DNA of 64,000 bases from an uncultured virus (IMG/VR IMGVR_UViG_3300031746_002572) (Duplodnaviria > Heunggongvirae > Uroviricota > Caudoviricetes). The translations under genes and the position numbers were made by a program. This document shows, one piece after another, positions 1 through 9,737 of the stretch (positions within the stretch are counted from its first letter, which is position 1; each line of letters begins with the position of its first letter). The notes beneath the pieces were generated by a model. That model saw nothing but the letters and a program-made list of their open reading frames with translations. It made no database searches and was not told where the DNA came from. The stretch lies in the IMG/VR virus record IMGVR_UViG_3300031746_002572; one strand, written 5' to 3'.

Positions 1-3
1 TCT

Positions 4-1425
4 TTGATTTGCAACGATGGTCAATTTAACAATGGAAATCCTGATGAAGAAAAAGGTATGGGAAGTCGTTGGAAATATTTAGTCGTGAATAATAATATAG
101 AATTACGACTTGCCGAAGAAGCGGCGATAGGACAAACCTATATCATCGTAAATAAAATTCCATTCGATAATTCTTCAAATGAAATTATGATTAGATCGGG
201 AAATATCGTTTATATCGGAAATAATGGCCCCTATTATATAAAAGAAAAATCAAGCGTTCAAAATAATAATTATAAAGGTAAAGCGGATATTTCGTATATA
301 GACAATAGAATTAATTTAACTACTGCACTTACAACGAATTTTGATAATGGGATGCCTGTGATAATAATAGAAGATGAAAGTCAGACAGGTATATTTCATG
401 CTGCTGGGAAAGGGGATGCACAGACAAAATTAACGTATTCTCCTCATGACTGGTATGCGGAAATAGGCGAATGGGCTTTTGATGAAAGTAAGAAAAGACC
501 TTATCGAAGATTAGTTTCTAATTTGCATGATGATAGCGATACATTACAATTAGATAACACTCAATATATGAGTGTTCGTGGTGGTATCATATCTATTAAC
601 GGTAATTTAATTCATTATAGCCGAATAGAAGGAAAAGTTCTTTATATAGATCGTGGCATTGAAATGCCTTCTGGCTCTAAAGTTTATTTAATGCCGGATA
701 GACCTGTAATGGAAGACCTTTTAAATGCCAATTACAATACGGAAGCATGGAGAATTGGCGGTAAAGATGAAATAGGACCGTCTGCATTGAGTGAATTAGC
801 TCTGTATGACCCGAATGGCGATGGTACGCCTTATTATGACGATGACCCTGAAAATGGGGGCATTCCAATTACCGCTCTTGAATTTTATTGGGAAAAACAA
901 AAAATTATATCCTATATTGACCCCACTGGGTCTGGTGATTTAATTCAAAATTATGATTTAATTTCAAAAATAGATTATCGCACGAGACATCGGACATTTG
1001 TAAATCTAAAAATTGATTTTGCCAGCCATAGATTTTCGGAAGGTGATAGAATAGATATTGATTTTCAAGGATTAAAATTAGAGGCGCAGGAACAATTAAA
1101 AAAGATATATTCTGATTATGATAGTATTATTAGAAATGGTTTGCGACAATATCCTTCTACTGATAATAGATTTTTTAATAATAAAACTGCGTTAATATTC
1201 GCCAAAAGGATATTGGCCGGTATTTCTAATATAGGTTGTAAGTTAGTAATAGAGGCCGATATAAACGATGTAAATATAATTGATTATTTGAAAATTATTA
1301 AAATAGTAGACCAAGATTTATTTTATGGTAAGTCTGGTAATTCCGTAAAAGCTTATATTAAAAATATTCAATTTAATAAGAGAACACAAAAAGCTATTTT
1401 GACTTGTTATACCGAAGCCATTTAA
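4..1425 (+). CDS. C-terminal part of a large protein, possibly virion/tail component (5' end outside window)
   Basis: Open from the window edge; N/G/D-rich, beta-type composition; no catalytic motif recognised. Confidence 0.35.
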   Translation: MICNDGQFNNGNPDEEKGMGSRWKYLVVNNNIELRLAEEAAIGQTYIIVNKIPFDNSSNEIMIRSGNIVYIGNNGPYYIKEKSSVQNNNYKGKADISYIDNRINLTTALTTNFDNGMPVIIIEDESQTGIFHAAGKGDAQTKLTYSPHDWYAEIGEWAFDESKKRPYRRLVSNLHDDSDTLQLDNTQYMSVRGGIISINGNLIHYSRIEGKVLYIDRGIEMPSGSKVYLMPDRPVMEDLLNANYNTEAWRIGGKDEIGPSALSELALYDPNGDGTPYYDDDPENGGIPITALEFYWEKQKIISYIDPTGSGDLIQNYDLISKIDYRTRHRTFVNLKIDFASHRFSEGDRIDIDFQGLKLEAQEQLKKIYSDYDSIIRNGLRQYPSTDNRFFNNKTALIFAKRILAGISNIGCKLVIEADINDVNIIDYLKIIKIVDQDLFYGKSGNSVKAYIKNIQFNKRTQKAILTCYTEAI

Positions 1426-1438
1426 TTCATAAATAAAT

Positions 1439-1470
1439 TTGTAATAAGAATATAAATAATTGTATTTATA
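1439..1470 (+). promoter_or_regulatory. Conserved promoter-like motif, copy 1
   Basis: TTGTAATAAG-N11-TTGTATTTATA followed by AAGGAGG and ATG 1486; same spacing in six copies. Confidence 0.75.
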
Positions 1471-1485
1471 CGTAAAGGAGGGTTT

Positions 1486-2049
1486 ATGAAACCTTATATT
1501 TTTCTATTTGTTTTATTTTGTATTTTTTCATGTAATGATAATTTAACGAATCCATCGCCGACACAAGCATATTTAGATTCTCTTGATTTTTATGATTCCA
1601 TAGACGTAAACGTTAATATAAGCGAAAATTTAAAACCTTTTGCTTATGAAATATTATTTAGAATATGGAATATAAATAGAGTTTATAAATCATGGTTAGA
1701 TACTATATGTATAGATACTATACATAGAGATAGTTTGCATTGTTATGTTGAACCTTTTAATAATGATTCTATAGTAGAATATAGATTCGTAAAATCAGAT
1801 TTAGACACTGGTTTGATTAAAAATTATAGAATTTTTTATCGCCGAAATCATTATAATATAGGATATGAATATTATGGAAAATCTTTAAGTATGTATATAA
1901 CAAATAAATCCGGTTATTATTTTTGTAATATCGAAGTATATCCGTCTCAAACAATTAATAAAAATATTATATCTATTTATATGTATTATGATAATTTATT
2001 AAATATTCAAGTTAAATTAAACGGAGACACAATAAAGAATACTCTATAA
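1486..2049 (+). CDS. Putative lipoprotein
   Basis: Signal peptide/lipobox MKPYIFLFVLFCIFSC; strong SD. Confidence 0.6.
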   Translation: MKPYIFLFVLFCIFSCNDNLTNPSPTQAYLDSLDFYDSIDVNVNISENLKPFAYEILFRIWNINRVYKSWLDTICIDTIHRDSLHCYVEPFNNDSIVEYRFVKSDLDTGLIKNYRIFYRRNHYNIGYEYYGKSLSMYITNKSGYYFCNIEVYPSQTINKNIISIYMYYDNLLNIQVKLNGDTIKNTL

Positions 2050-2061
2050 AGGATTTAGAAA

Positions 2062-3243
2062 ATGAATGAAGAAAAAGAAGTTGTGGCAGAAATAATTAGC
2101 ACGAAAGAAATTTTTGGCGTTACAGAACGTTTTCTTACAATAAATAATTATAGCCAATTTGCTTCATTGGATGTGTGGTCTGGAATGACAAAAGCTTTGC
2201 AACAGTTCGGGGCCACTTGTCTGCCTTTCCCTATTAATAAACTTCAAGCTTTTTTCTCCGATGATATGTTGAATCACTATATTTTATCTACAGCAGTGAG
2301 TACAAGAAATAATTTTACCCATGTTTTATTTGTAGGATCGGCGTTTTTGAAAGAATGGGTGATAAAATCAATAAAAAAGTCAGGTATAAAAACAATTTAT
2401 TGGAGTCTTGAAGACCCTCACTCATTAGACCAAAATTCAAGATTTTATGATATAGCGGATTACTATTTAACCAATGAAAAACGAGTTAAAGATGTTTTAC
2501 CAAAAGCTATTTATATGCCCACGGCAGGAAATACAGATATATGTTTTCCTGTAAATGATATTAACGCGATGCCAAGTGAATTTAAAAAAGATATTATTTT
2601 TGCCGGTAATATATACCCATCACGACAAAAAACATTGGAATATTTGATCCCGTTTATTGAATCAAAAGGTTATAGTTTTGGTATAATAGGCATAACAAAA
2701 CTTGCTGAAAATTTTGAAAAAAGCCCGTTAAAAAAATATATAATCAACGATCTCAATGGAGTCGTAGATCATAAATGGTTTACAATGGCCTATGGTTGCG
2801 CTAAAATTATTTTAAATCTTGAACGTGATCCTTTTTATGAATATGATTCCACATTCTTATCGAACAAGAAATATAAAATTGTTGGCGAATCTTTAAATCC
2901 AAGAGCCTATGAGATTGCCTTATGTAAAGGTGGATTACAATTAATCGACGATAAGAGAAAAGAAATTGAATCGGGGCAAACCATTGAAAATAACAAACAC
3001 TGCATTGTATTTAATTCAGATAATGACTTATGTAAAAAAATTGAATATTATTTATCTCACGAAGATGAGAGAAAAACTATTGTGGATAGGGCTTATGAAT
3101 ACGTCAGCGAAAATCATGTTTATATTAATCGCGCATTTAGATTGTTCAAGAAACTATATTTGTCCGAAGGGAAACAGGATAAAGTTATACAGGTTATATT
3201 AAATTCTTTTCGGAAATATAAAGATGTTGATAACGATAAATAA
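2062..3243 (+). CDS. CgeB-like glycosyltransferase (GT-B)
   Basis: WSLEDPH, DIIFAGNIYPSR, LNPRAYEIALC, KIEYYLSHEDER...HVYINRA. Confidence 0.75.
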   Translation: MNEEKEVVAEIISTKEIFGVTERFLTINNYSQFASLDVWSGMTKALQQFGATCLPFPINKLQAFFSDDMLNHYILSTAVSTRNNFTHVLFVGSAFLKEWVIKSIKKSGIKTIYWSLEDPHSLDQNSRFYDIADYYLTNEKRVKDVLPKAIYMPTAGNTDICFPVNDINAMPSEFKKDIIFAGNIYPSRQKTLEYLIPFIESKGYSFGIIGITKLAENFEKSPLKKYIINDLNGVVDHKWFTMAYGCAKIILNLERDPFYEYDSTFLSNKKYKIVGESLNPRAYEIALCKGGLQLIDDKRKEIESGQTIENNKHCIVFNSDNDLCKKIEYYLSHEDERKTIVDRAYEYVSENHVYINRAFRLFKKLYLSEGKQDKVIQVILNSFRKYKDVDNDK

Positions 3244-4684
3244 TACCTATACCTCCATCAGCAAGCATTTTAATTCACTCCCCCAACAAACGCAGAATAA
3301 AATAATTAAAGAATTTTCTTATAAAAAGAAAATAGGTTATTTTCGATACGAAGAAATCTATTTATTTAGAAAACGCAAAACCGCCGATTTAAATCAATAT
3401 TATTTAATCCCCACAGGTCTATTAATAAAATTGATAAGAACGTTTATGGAAAATGGAATTAAATATGAGATTATAGATAAAAGAAACAAATTTAATCCAG
3501 AAATAAGTATTGATGAATTCTACGAAAAGATGAAGTCTATTGATAATACTATAGAAAACCGTGATTATCAAAGAGAAGCTATAGAAATAGCGCTTAAACG
3601 AATTAGAGGGGTTATCCATCATGCAACAGCTAGCGGAAAAACTATTACTATGGCCGGTATTATATACTGTCTTAATGTCAAAACCCTAGTTCTGTGCCTA
3701 GGAATAGATCATGTTGAACAGATCGTCGATGACTTGAGGAAGTACACAGGTAGACGTGTTTCTGTCGTTTCTGGGGGTGATTACAGCACTAGTGGCGACA
3801 TCGTTGTTTCAAATGTTCAGGCACTACATGCAGTTAAAAAGAGAAGTAACACTAAATTCATTGAATTAATGAAAGAATTCAAGTGTTTAATAGTAGACGA
3901 GGCCCATTTATCTGGAATTACGTGGAAAGAAGTTATATATCATTGTACGAATGCTTATTATCGTATAGGGTTCACTGGAACGTTTTATCGTGAAGACGGA
4001 GCTATAATGGAATTAATCGGGGAAATAGGCCCTGTTTTAAGCCGAATCAATTATACTTATTTAACAGAAAACAAATTTATAAGCAATGCTAGATTTTTTA
4101 TTGTCGATCCTATGTGCGAAGAAATAGATTTAGATCAAGACATTTGGCCTAATTGTCTAGATCAAGCAATAATTAATAATGATAAACGTAATAATTTAAT
4201 TAAAAAAATTTGTGATAAATATACTGAAAAAGGACATCAGGTATTGATTATAAGTCCCTTGCGCGTAGAACATGGATATATCTTAAATAAATTAATTCCG
4301 GCCAGTGTATATTTATCAGGAAATTCAGAACGTTTTTTTAGAAAATCCGAATTAAATAAATTCAGGGATAAAAACAATAAAGTTATAATATGCAGCCGTA
4401 TTTTCGATCAAGCTATAAATATTCCAGATTTAAACTGTATTATATTGGCTGGCGGTGGAAAGGCTCATAATGCAATATATCAGAGAATAGGTAGAGGGAT
4501 AAGAAGAACTGTTGATAAAAACAGAGTGGATATTATTATTTTCTGGGATTCTCATTCTAAAATATTACTCGAACATTCGAGAAGAATTAAATCATTAATA
4601 TTAAAAGAAGAAGTGTGGAAAAATAATGTAAAACATCTGGGAAAATTCAGAAAAATGTATGAAGATGAAGAATTTTCTATTTAG
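3224..4684 (+). CDS. SF2 DEAH helicase (UvsW-like)
   Basis: RDYQ, ATASGKT, VDEAH, TGT, QRIGRGIR. Confidence 0.9.
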   Translation: MLITINNTYTSISKHFNSLPQQTQNKIIKEFSYKKKIGYFRYEEIYLFRKRKTADLNQYYLIPTGLLIKLIRTFMENGIKYEIIDKRNKFNPEISIDEFYEKMKSIDNTIENRDYQREAIEIALKRIRGVIHHATASGKTITMAGIIYCLNVKTLVLCLGIDHVEQIVDDLRKYTGRRVSVVSGGDYSTSGDIVVSNVQALHAVKKRSNTKFIELMKEFKCLIVDEAHLSGITWKEVIYHCTNAYYRIGFTGTFYREDGAIMELIGEIGPVLSRINYTYLTENKFISNARFFIVDPMCEEIDLDQDIWPNCLDQAIINNDKRNNLIKKICDKYTEKGHQVLIISPLRVEHGYILNKLIPASVYLSGNSERFFRKSELNKFRDKNNKVIICSRIFDQAINIPDLNCIILAGGGKAHNAIYQRIGRGIRRTVDKNRVDIIIFWDSHSKILLEHSRRIKSLILKEEVWKNNVKHLGKFRKMYEDEEFSI

Positions 4685-4945
4685 ATTATATCAATAGGCC
4701 AATAATTATATATATAATTTATAAATTATCAGATATAAATTATATATAACTATTAATTATATGTTATATTTTAGATATTAAGTTCTTTTTCTAGTTTTAT
4801 TAAGATTTAAAAATATAAGGATATAAATATTTTAAATAAAAATTAAATTAAAATAAATTATTAATAATATTAATAATCTAATATAATCTATAAGAGGTAA
4901 AATAAATAAGTAATATTTTTGTTTTAAAAAATAGTAAAAATAAAT
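4685..4945. other. Extremely AT-rich non-coding tract with inverted repeat, candidate replication origin
   Basis: Almost no G/C; TATATATAATTTATA...TATAAATTATATATA inverted repeat near 4710-4750. Confidence 0.35.
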
Positions 4946-4977
4946 TTGCAATAAGAAAAAAATAATTTGTATTTATA
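4946..4977 (+). promoter_or_regulatory. Promoter-like motif, copy 2, upstream of array A
   Basis: TTGCAATAAG-N11-TTGTATTTATA. Confidence 0.75.
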
Positions 4978-5055
4978 GGTATGAGAGAAATGAATTTTCT
5001 GTTTTTGGTTTTATTATATTTATCTGTATTTTAATATTTAAATGAAGGAGGGTAT

Positions 5056-5367
5056 ATGAGTATCATAGAAAAGGGTCTGGAAAAAACAGCAGAGGATAAG
5101 AAGAAAGAGATTGTCAACGCTTTTAATAGTAGATTGGAAGTTCTTACAATAGGATTTGCCAGACGTTTGAGAGAACATCCGAGAGCGCAAACTTATATGA
5201 AAGAACTTTATAATATGTTAAAAACTTTGATTTCTGAATATATTATTGATGGTAAAATTCCAGAAGATAAAAGTCCTTCTAAAGAACAAAGAGAAGGTTC
5301 TGTTGCTAGAACTATTGAAATATCTGAAAGAAAAGAAAATAAAATTAAGGAAAGAATTTCTTCTTAA
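5056..5367 (+). CDS. Hypothetical protein
   Basis: AAGGAGG SD; 103 aa. Confidence 0.7.
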   Translation: MSIIEKGLEKTAEDKKKEIVNAFNSRLEVLTIGFARRLREHPRAQTYMKELYNMLKTLISEYIIDGKIPEDKSPSKEQREGSVARTIEISERKENKIKERISS

Positions 5368-5377
5368 AAATATTAAT

Positions 5378-5414
5378 GTAAACTACCACGGGTACAAGAC
5401 CCGTGGTTTCCTTG
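5378..5414 (+). mobile_element. IS200/IS605-end-like hairpin remnant
   Basis: GTAAACTA-CCACGGGT-ACAAG-ACCCGTGG-TTTCC; related hairpins at ~47986 and ~56468; no transposase. Confidence 0.45.
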
Positions 5415-5661
5415 CGAAAGGATTATGAAAAAAATAACAAAAAAAGACATTGATTGGGTTTGTAATGCTTCTTTTGGTAGACATAAAAGCCCAGACATTG
5501 CAATCAAAAAATTTACTCTACGCCAAATTGCATCTGTAATTTTAATATGTTGGGAGGCTGGTAAGAAAGGTGTACTTTCAATAAATAAAGGTTGAAATTT
5601 ACTATAATATCATTCGTGTGGTGAACGTTATGGTAAAGTGGACTTTAAAATAAAAGGATAA

Positions 5662-5733
5662 AAATTATCTGAAAAATTTAAACCGTTTGTTGATAAAGTG
5701 TTAAATAAGGGAATGACAACATATCACTAGTTG
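5662..5733 (+). repeat. 72-bp attI-like array head (exact inverted copy at 57726-57797)
   Basis: Identity ends at the GTTG that starts the first cassette; core GACAAC-ATATCACTA-GTTG. Confidence 0.85.
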
Positions 5734-5770
5734 TGGGAAAGCGGGCTATAAAATTGAAAGGAGCGCGTGA

Positions 5771-6100
5771 ATGACAAAAGAAACTTTGGCGGCAATGTTC
5801 CACGAAACGTATGAGCACCTTGCTCCGGCTTTCGGGTATGTTACCAGAAAATCTACCCGTTGCAATTTTTCTGAGTTGCCGCAAAAAAACAAAGCATTAA
5901 TGATTGCGGTTTGCGGAACAATTCTGAACGCGCTCCAAGATAAGGAATCACCCGCCATCCCACAACAACCGCTTTGTGCTTCGGGCGATGCCAAATTGCC
6001 GCCATTGCCAGATTGTTGTGTGGAATGCCTTGAGGAAAGTATGAAAACTGATGATAATTCGTGTTGTGCTGCACTGCGGCGGCACTTCACAAAGCGGTAA
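5771..6100 (+). CDS. Cassette hypothetical protein; C-terminus encoded by the attC-like hairpin
   Basis: SD AAGGAG; ORF reads through 5960-6100. Confidence 0.7.
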   Translation: MTKETLAAMFHETYEHLAPAFGYVTRKSTRCNFSELPQKNKALMIAVCGTILNALQDKESPAIPQQPLCASGDAKLPPLPDCCVECLEESMKTDDNSCCAALRRHFTKR

Positions 6101-6109
6101 ACGTTGTCT
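5960..6109 (+). repeat. attC-like site
   Basis: CCACAAC...ACCGCTTTGTG / CACAAAGCGGT-AAAC-GTTGTCT. Confidence 0.8.
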
Positions 6110-6152
6110 AAAATAACCGTGCAAGGCCGAGACTGGCGCAGGAGAAAGACAA

Positions 6153-6341
6153 ATGACAAAAGAAAAAGAAGCTATTGAATTATTAAAAGAATGTGAAAAA
6201 GCATTTTTATCATGCGGAAATTGTCCAAATGTTAGACTTGATCCGTTTAATTTAGTTCCGTTTCGTTTGGGTTTTCGCATAGCTACGTTTTTGAAAGACG
6301 AAGATGCGCCAGAGAGCGCGGTTACTTCGGACAACAAATAA
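6153..6341 (+). CDS. Cassette hypothetical protein
   Basis: SD AGGAG; stop inside next attC-like site. Confidence 0.65.
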   Translation: MTKEKEAIELLKECEKAFLSCGNCPNVRLDPFNLVPFRLGFRIATFLKDEDAPESAVTSDNK

Positions 6342-6383
6342 AGGGTGATATTGAAACGATCACCCATTTATAGGACGTTGGTT
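6329..6383 (+). repeat. attC-like site
   Basis: GGACAAC-A-ATAAAGGGTGAT / ATCACCC-A-TTTAT-AGGAC-GTTGGTT, one bulged base. Confidence 0.85.
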
Positions 6384-6431
6384 GAAAGCCTGCCTAATTA
6401 CGGAGCGGGCGCAAAGAAAGGAAAAATTAAA

Positions 6432-6767
6432 ATGGGAATATATCATAGTACGAATATGATAAATAAAAAAATAAGACCAAAGAAAATAAATCTTAATGAT
6501 TATACTGTTGAACAAGCAACCCACAATTTATCATGCAGACATCAAATAGGCACGAGTGGGTTTGATTATACAATGCCATGTATTGTTTTATGGAAAAAAG
6601 GTAGTAATGCAAAAATAATTGTTTTTGGTGAAAGAGCGTGGGCAAATAAAGATTATAAAAAACACATACGATATGTAAACAGGTACAGTATTAAAATAAA
6701 AGATGCGCCCGCCAATATCGGAACGGCAGGCCATCAACCAACAGAGCAAAGTAAGGCGCAAGGCTAA
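6432..6767 (+). CDS. Cassette hypothetical protein ending DAPANIGTAGHQPTEQSKAQG
   Basis: Start reassigned to the ATG after AAGAAAGG. Confidence 0.7.
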   Translation: MGIYHSTNMINKKIRPKKINLNDYTVEQATHNLSCRHQIGTSGFDYTMPCIVLWKKGSNAKIIVFGERAWANKDYKKHIRYVNRYSIKIKDAPANIGTAGHQPTEQSKAQG

Positions 6768-6806
6768 ATTGCGAAGCGCAACTTCTTACTTTGTCGGACG
6801 TTAGGT
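6736..6806 (+). repeat. attC-like site (same core at 10916-10986 and inverted at 57314-57384)
   Basis: AACCAAC...CAAAGTAAG / CTTACTTTG-TCGGAC-GTTAGGT; inner TTGCG-AAG-CGCAA hairpin. Confidence 0.85.
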
Positions 6807-6811
6807 GCAAT

Positions 6812-7678
6812 ATGGCAAATTTTGAAATTATAGGCGCGGGGCAAGACACGGCGCGTCGTGCGCCGAAGATAAATACAATTACGTGCGGGGATTGTCTCGA
6901 AGTAATGCAAACGATACTGGACAAAAGCGTGGATATGGTGCTTTGTGATTTACCGTATGGTACAACACAATGTAAGTGGGATACGGTCATTCCGTTTGCC
7001 CCTCTTTGGGAGCAGTACGATAGGGTTTGCAGGGGGGCGATTGTCCTAACGGGGAGTGAGCCATTTTCAAGTTTATTGCGCGTGTCTAATTTAGCCCTGT
7101 TCAAATATGATTGGATATGGGAAAAATCAAAGGCGACAGGTCATTTAGATGCTAATCGCCGCCCGTTAAAAAAACATGAAACCATTTCTGTATTTGGCGA
7201 TTTGGGATGTTATAACCCCCAAGGGTTAGTCGTAAAAGATAAGCCTACTATAAGCAAGGGCAATAGGGGAAAGAAAGGCGAGGGAAGTAGCGGGGAATGT
7301 TATGGTTTGGCAAATAAAGACGCGGTGCAGACGCATAGTAATTATCCAAAATCAATCATCCCGTTTAATGTGGATATGAAAGCAGAGTTTCATCCAACTC
7401 AAAAACCCGTAGCCCTGTTTGAATATCTTATTCGCACCTACACAGACGAAGGTGATACCGTTCTTGATAACTGTATCGGCTCAGGAACAACCGCTATTGC
7501 CTGTATCAATACTGGTAGGAATTATATAGGAATTGAAAAAGAAGAGAAATACTGCCGGATAGCAGAAGAGCGCATCCATGCGCTAAGAAGCCCCGCGCAG
7601 GACACTAAGGAAATTTGCCATACAGCACCTAACAGCGCAAGCATGCAAATTGCGCAGGTGGAATTAGATTTATTATAG
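6812..7678 (+). CDS. DNA methyltransferase (N6A/N4C, beta class), cassette-borne
   Basis: GDCLEVM, DLPY, HPTQKPVAL, DNCIGSGTT. Confidence 0.92.
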   Translation: MANFEIIGAGQDTARRAPKINTITCGDCLEVMQTILDKSVDMVLCDLPYGTTQCKWDTVIPFAPLWEQYDRVCRGAIVLTGSEPFSSLLRVSNLALFKYDWIWEKSKATGHLDANRRPLKKHETISVFGDLGCYNPQGLVVKDKPTISKGNRGKKGEGSSGECYGLANKDAVQTHSNYPKSIIPFNVDMKAEFHPTQKPVALFEYLIRTYTDEGDTVLDNCIGSGTTAIACINTGRNYIGIEKEEKYCRIAEERIHALRSPAQDTKEICHTAPNSASMQIAQVELDLL

Positions 7679-7711
7679 CGCAATCAGCATGCGTTGCGCG
7701 AACTGTTGAAA
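7627..7711 (+). repeat. attC-like site
   Basis: ACCTAAC-A-GCGCAAGCATGC / GCATGC-G-TTGCGC-GAACT-GTT, bulged G; inner ATTGCGC/GCGCAAT. Confidence 0.85.
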
Positions 7712-7752
7712 GCCTGCCTAATTATGGAGCGGGCGCAAAGAAAGGAAATTAA

Positions 7753-7962
7753 ATGCACACAACGACCGGAGAAATAAAACCTTATTCAGAAGTGGAAAAA
7801 CTTTCGCCAAAAGAACAAAAAAACTTTGTAGAAATTAAGAGGGACTTGTCGGAACAGGAAAAAAATATGCGTCATATTATGCTTTACAGCCCGTGTGGCT
7901 GCGGGTCTGGAAAAAAATTTAAATTTTGTTGCCATGCTCATTTTCTTGGGAAAAAACCATAA
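7753..7962 (+). CDS. SEC-C motif protein
   Basis: SPCGCGSGKKFKFCC. Confidence 0.8.
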   Translation: MHTTTGEIKPYSEVEKLSPKEQKNFVEIKRDLSEQEKNMRHIMLYSPCGCGSGKKFKFCCHAHFLGKKP

Positions 7963-8213
7963 TGGACGGACTTCTTGCTGGTATTGGTGAAAAATTATTG
8001 CCATGTCCGATATGCAACGGCAGAGCAAAACGAACAATGGGTAAAAACGGTGGGTACATAGAATGCGTTGAATGCGGATTGCGGACACGGGATTGCAGAA
8101 AAAACGATAACGAACCAATAGATAACAGGTGGAATAAAAGACATGCGCCCGCAAATATAGGAACGGCAGGCCATCAACCAACTAATAAAGGCCAAAATCA
8201 TGAAGTTGGTTAA
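7962..8213 (+). CDS. Lar-family restriction alleviation-like Zn-ribbon protein
   Basis: LLPCPICNG...IECVECG...RWNKR; ATG overlaps upstream TAA. Confidence 0.65.
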   Translation: MDGLLAGIGEKLLPCPICNGRAKRTMGKNGGYIECVECGLRTRDCRKNDNEPIDNRWNKRHAPANIGTAGHQPTNKGQNHEVG

Positions 8214-8239
8214 AATAAAATTTTGGAGAAACGCTCGCT

Positions 8240-8431
8240 ATGAAATTAAAAATTGAAAAAGATATACAGAAGAAAGACACAATAAAAGAGGATATTAAAA
8301 AAATGGAGATTGGAGATTCTTTTGAACTTACAAAGTATAAAACGTGGCCTCATATTGTTGCTAAAGACATCGGAATTGTAATTGTAGGAATAAAAACAGA
8401 AGCAGGTTATAGATACTGGAGAAAAAAATAG
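8240..8431 (+). CDS. Small putative DNA-binding protein
   Basis: MEIGDSF...GYRYWR; SD GGAG. Confidence 0.55.
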   Translation: MKLKIEKDIQKKDTIKEDIKKMEIGDSFELTKYKTWPHIVAKDIGIVIVGIKTEAGYRYWRKK

Positions 8432-8501
8432 GCTCGCTAATTATAAAATCGTGAAAACCAGTTATTGTAGGCGGCGCGGAAAACCAAGAAAGGAAAACAA
8501 T

Positions 8502-8717
8502 ATGACAGTCCTCGAACTGAAAAGAATGCTGGGAAACTATCCTGATGACATGGAAGTAATTGTTGATAGATGCAGCGACTACACCTCCATTGAGGAAGGC
8601 GAGTGGTCAGTAGTGAAGGCTGTCAAAATCAATTACGGGTTTATGCGATCACACAAGACCATGAGCGATGAGAACAAAGCAAACGAGAAAGAGTATCTGC
8701 ATCTTGAAGGAAATTAA
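8502..8717 (+). CDS. Hypothetical protein
   Basis: MTVLELKRMLGNYPDDMEV; SD AAGAAAGG. Confidence 0.7.
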   Translation: MTVLELKRMLGNYPDDMEVIVDRCSDYTSIEEGEWSVVKAVKINYGFMRSHKTMSDENKANEKEYLHLEGN

Positions 8718-8764
8718 GACCGCATTCGCCGCCGACTATATGGTAAGCGCGGCAAGGAGGTTCT

Positions 8765-8983
8765 GTGGATTCTAACCAGGTTGTCAACACGTTCAACGAG
8801 TTGCGCAGCAATATCGAGGCGTGCGACAAGTCAACGCGAAGTATGCTCCCGGTTATTGCTGGACGGTTACAGCGTGCAACTCAGGATTGTTGCCGTGGCG
8901 AATGGTGTCAGGCGTTGACCGCGTTGAAGCGAGAGCTGCGCAACTGGGACATTATGAAGCAGCAGTGGATAGAGCCGCGCTAA
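8765..8983 (+). CDS. Hypothetical protein
   Basis: GTG start after AAGGAGG; flanked by GCGCGGC / GCCGCGC. Confidence 0.65.
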   Translation: MDSNQVVNTFNELRSNIEACDKSTRSMLPVIAGRLQRATQDCCRGEWCQALTALKRELRNWDIMKQQWIEPR

Positions 8984-9015
8984 AATGCGGAGCGGCGCGA
9001 AGAAAGGAAAATAAC

Positions 9016-9408
9016 ATGAGTGCAGATAATTGGACTTATTGCCCACGGTGCGAAGTAAAGGCGGAAACGGATCGTATTGCCTTTGAAGAAAAGGTTAAAA
9101 AATCGTATGGCAAGGTTTCGGCGGAAGAATATTTGCGGCTAACTGACCAACTTAAAAATCCTAAAAGGCTCGAACAAACACTTCGAGAAGATTACGAACT
9201 TGGAACTAATGAAGGATTTTTTAACGTTTCGTATCGAGCAGGTTGTTCAGTATGTAATTTTAGTTTTGAATTTCATGAGGAAAAAAAGATCGCGCCGCAG
9301 AATAATGCGGAAACGGCCAGCACAGACAAACAACAGCCCCATGCTGCGAGGGCGAAGCGCCACATGCCGGGAATACCGGCACGTCAGCATAGCGCGAACG
9401 TTGGTTGA
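9016..9408 (+). CDS. Hypothetical Zn-binding protein
   Basis: MSADNWTYCPRC...CSVC; SD AAGAAAGG; reads through attC-like site. Confidence 0.7.
   Translation: MSADNWTYCPRCEVKAETDRIAFEEKVKKSYGKVSAEEYLRLTDQLKNPKRLEQTLREDYELGTNEGFFNVSYRAGCSVCNFSFEFHEEKKIAPQNNAETASTDKQQPHAARAKRHMPGIPARQHSANVG
9328..9406 (+). repeat. attC-like site
   Basis: AAACAAC...ATGCTG / CAGCAT...GAAC-GTTGGTT; inner hairpins GGCG/CGCC and TGCCGG/CCGGCA. Confidence 0.75.
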
Positions 9409-9491
9409 AATTTCGTTTTGGCTGTACTATGCGGTTATTAGTAAGTGGTGGTTATTAATTTAGGCGGGCGCGACTACAAAAGGAGGAAAGA

Positions 9492-9737
9492 ATGGAAATT
9501 CTTGAAACGATTTTAAAATGGTTCAAACGATGTGCTGAACCAAATTTAAAGCGGAGATATTCAAGTTGTCCGATCTGTGGAGCAACTTGGTGGGACAACA
9601 AGGAACAACATAATCGTGATTGCTGGATACCGGAATTAGAAAATAAATTAAGAGCGCCCGCCAAAGACAAAAACGGGCAAAACGAAACATCAACCAACAG
9701 CCCTATTTTGCAACCGCAGGAACCGACAGCAACATAG
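9492..9737 (+). CDS. Cassette hypothetical protein (CPIC...H..DC)
   Basis: SD AGGAGG. Confidence 0.7.
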   Translation: MEILETILKWFKRCAEPNLKRRYSSCPICGATWWDNKEQHNRDCWIPELENKLRAPAKDKNGQNETSTNSPILQPQEPTAT

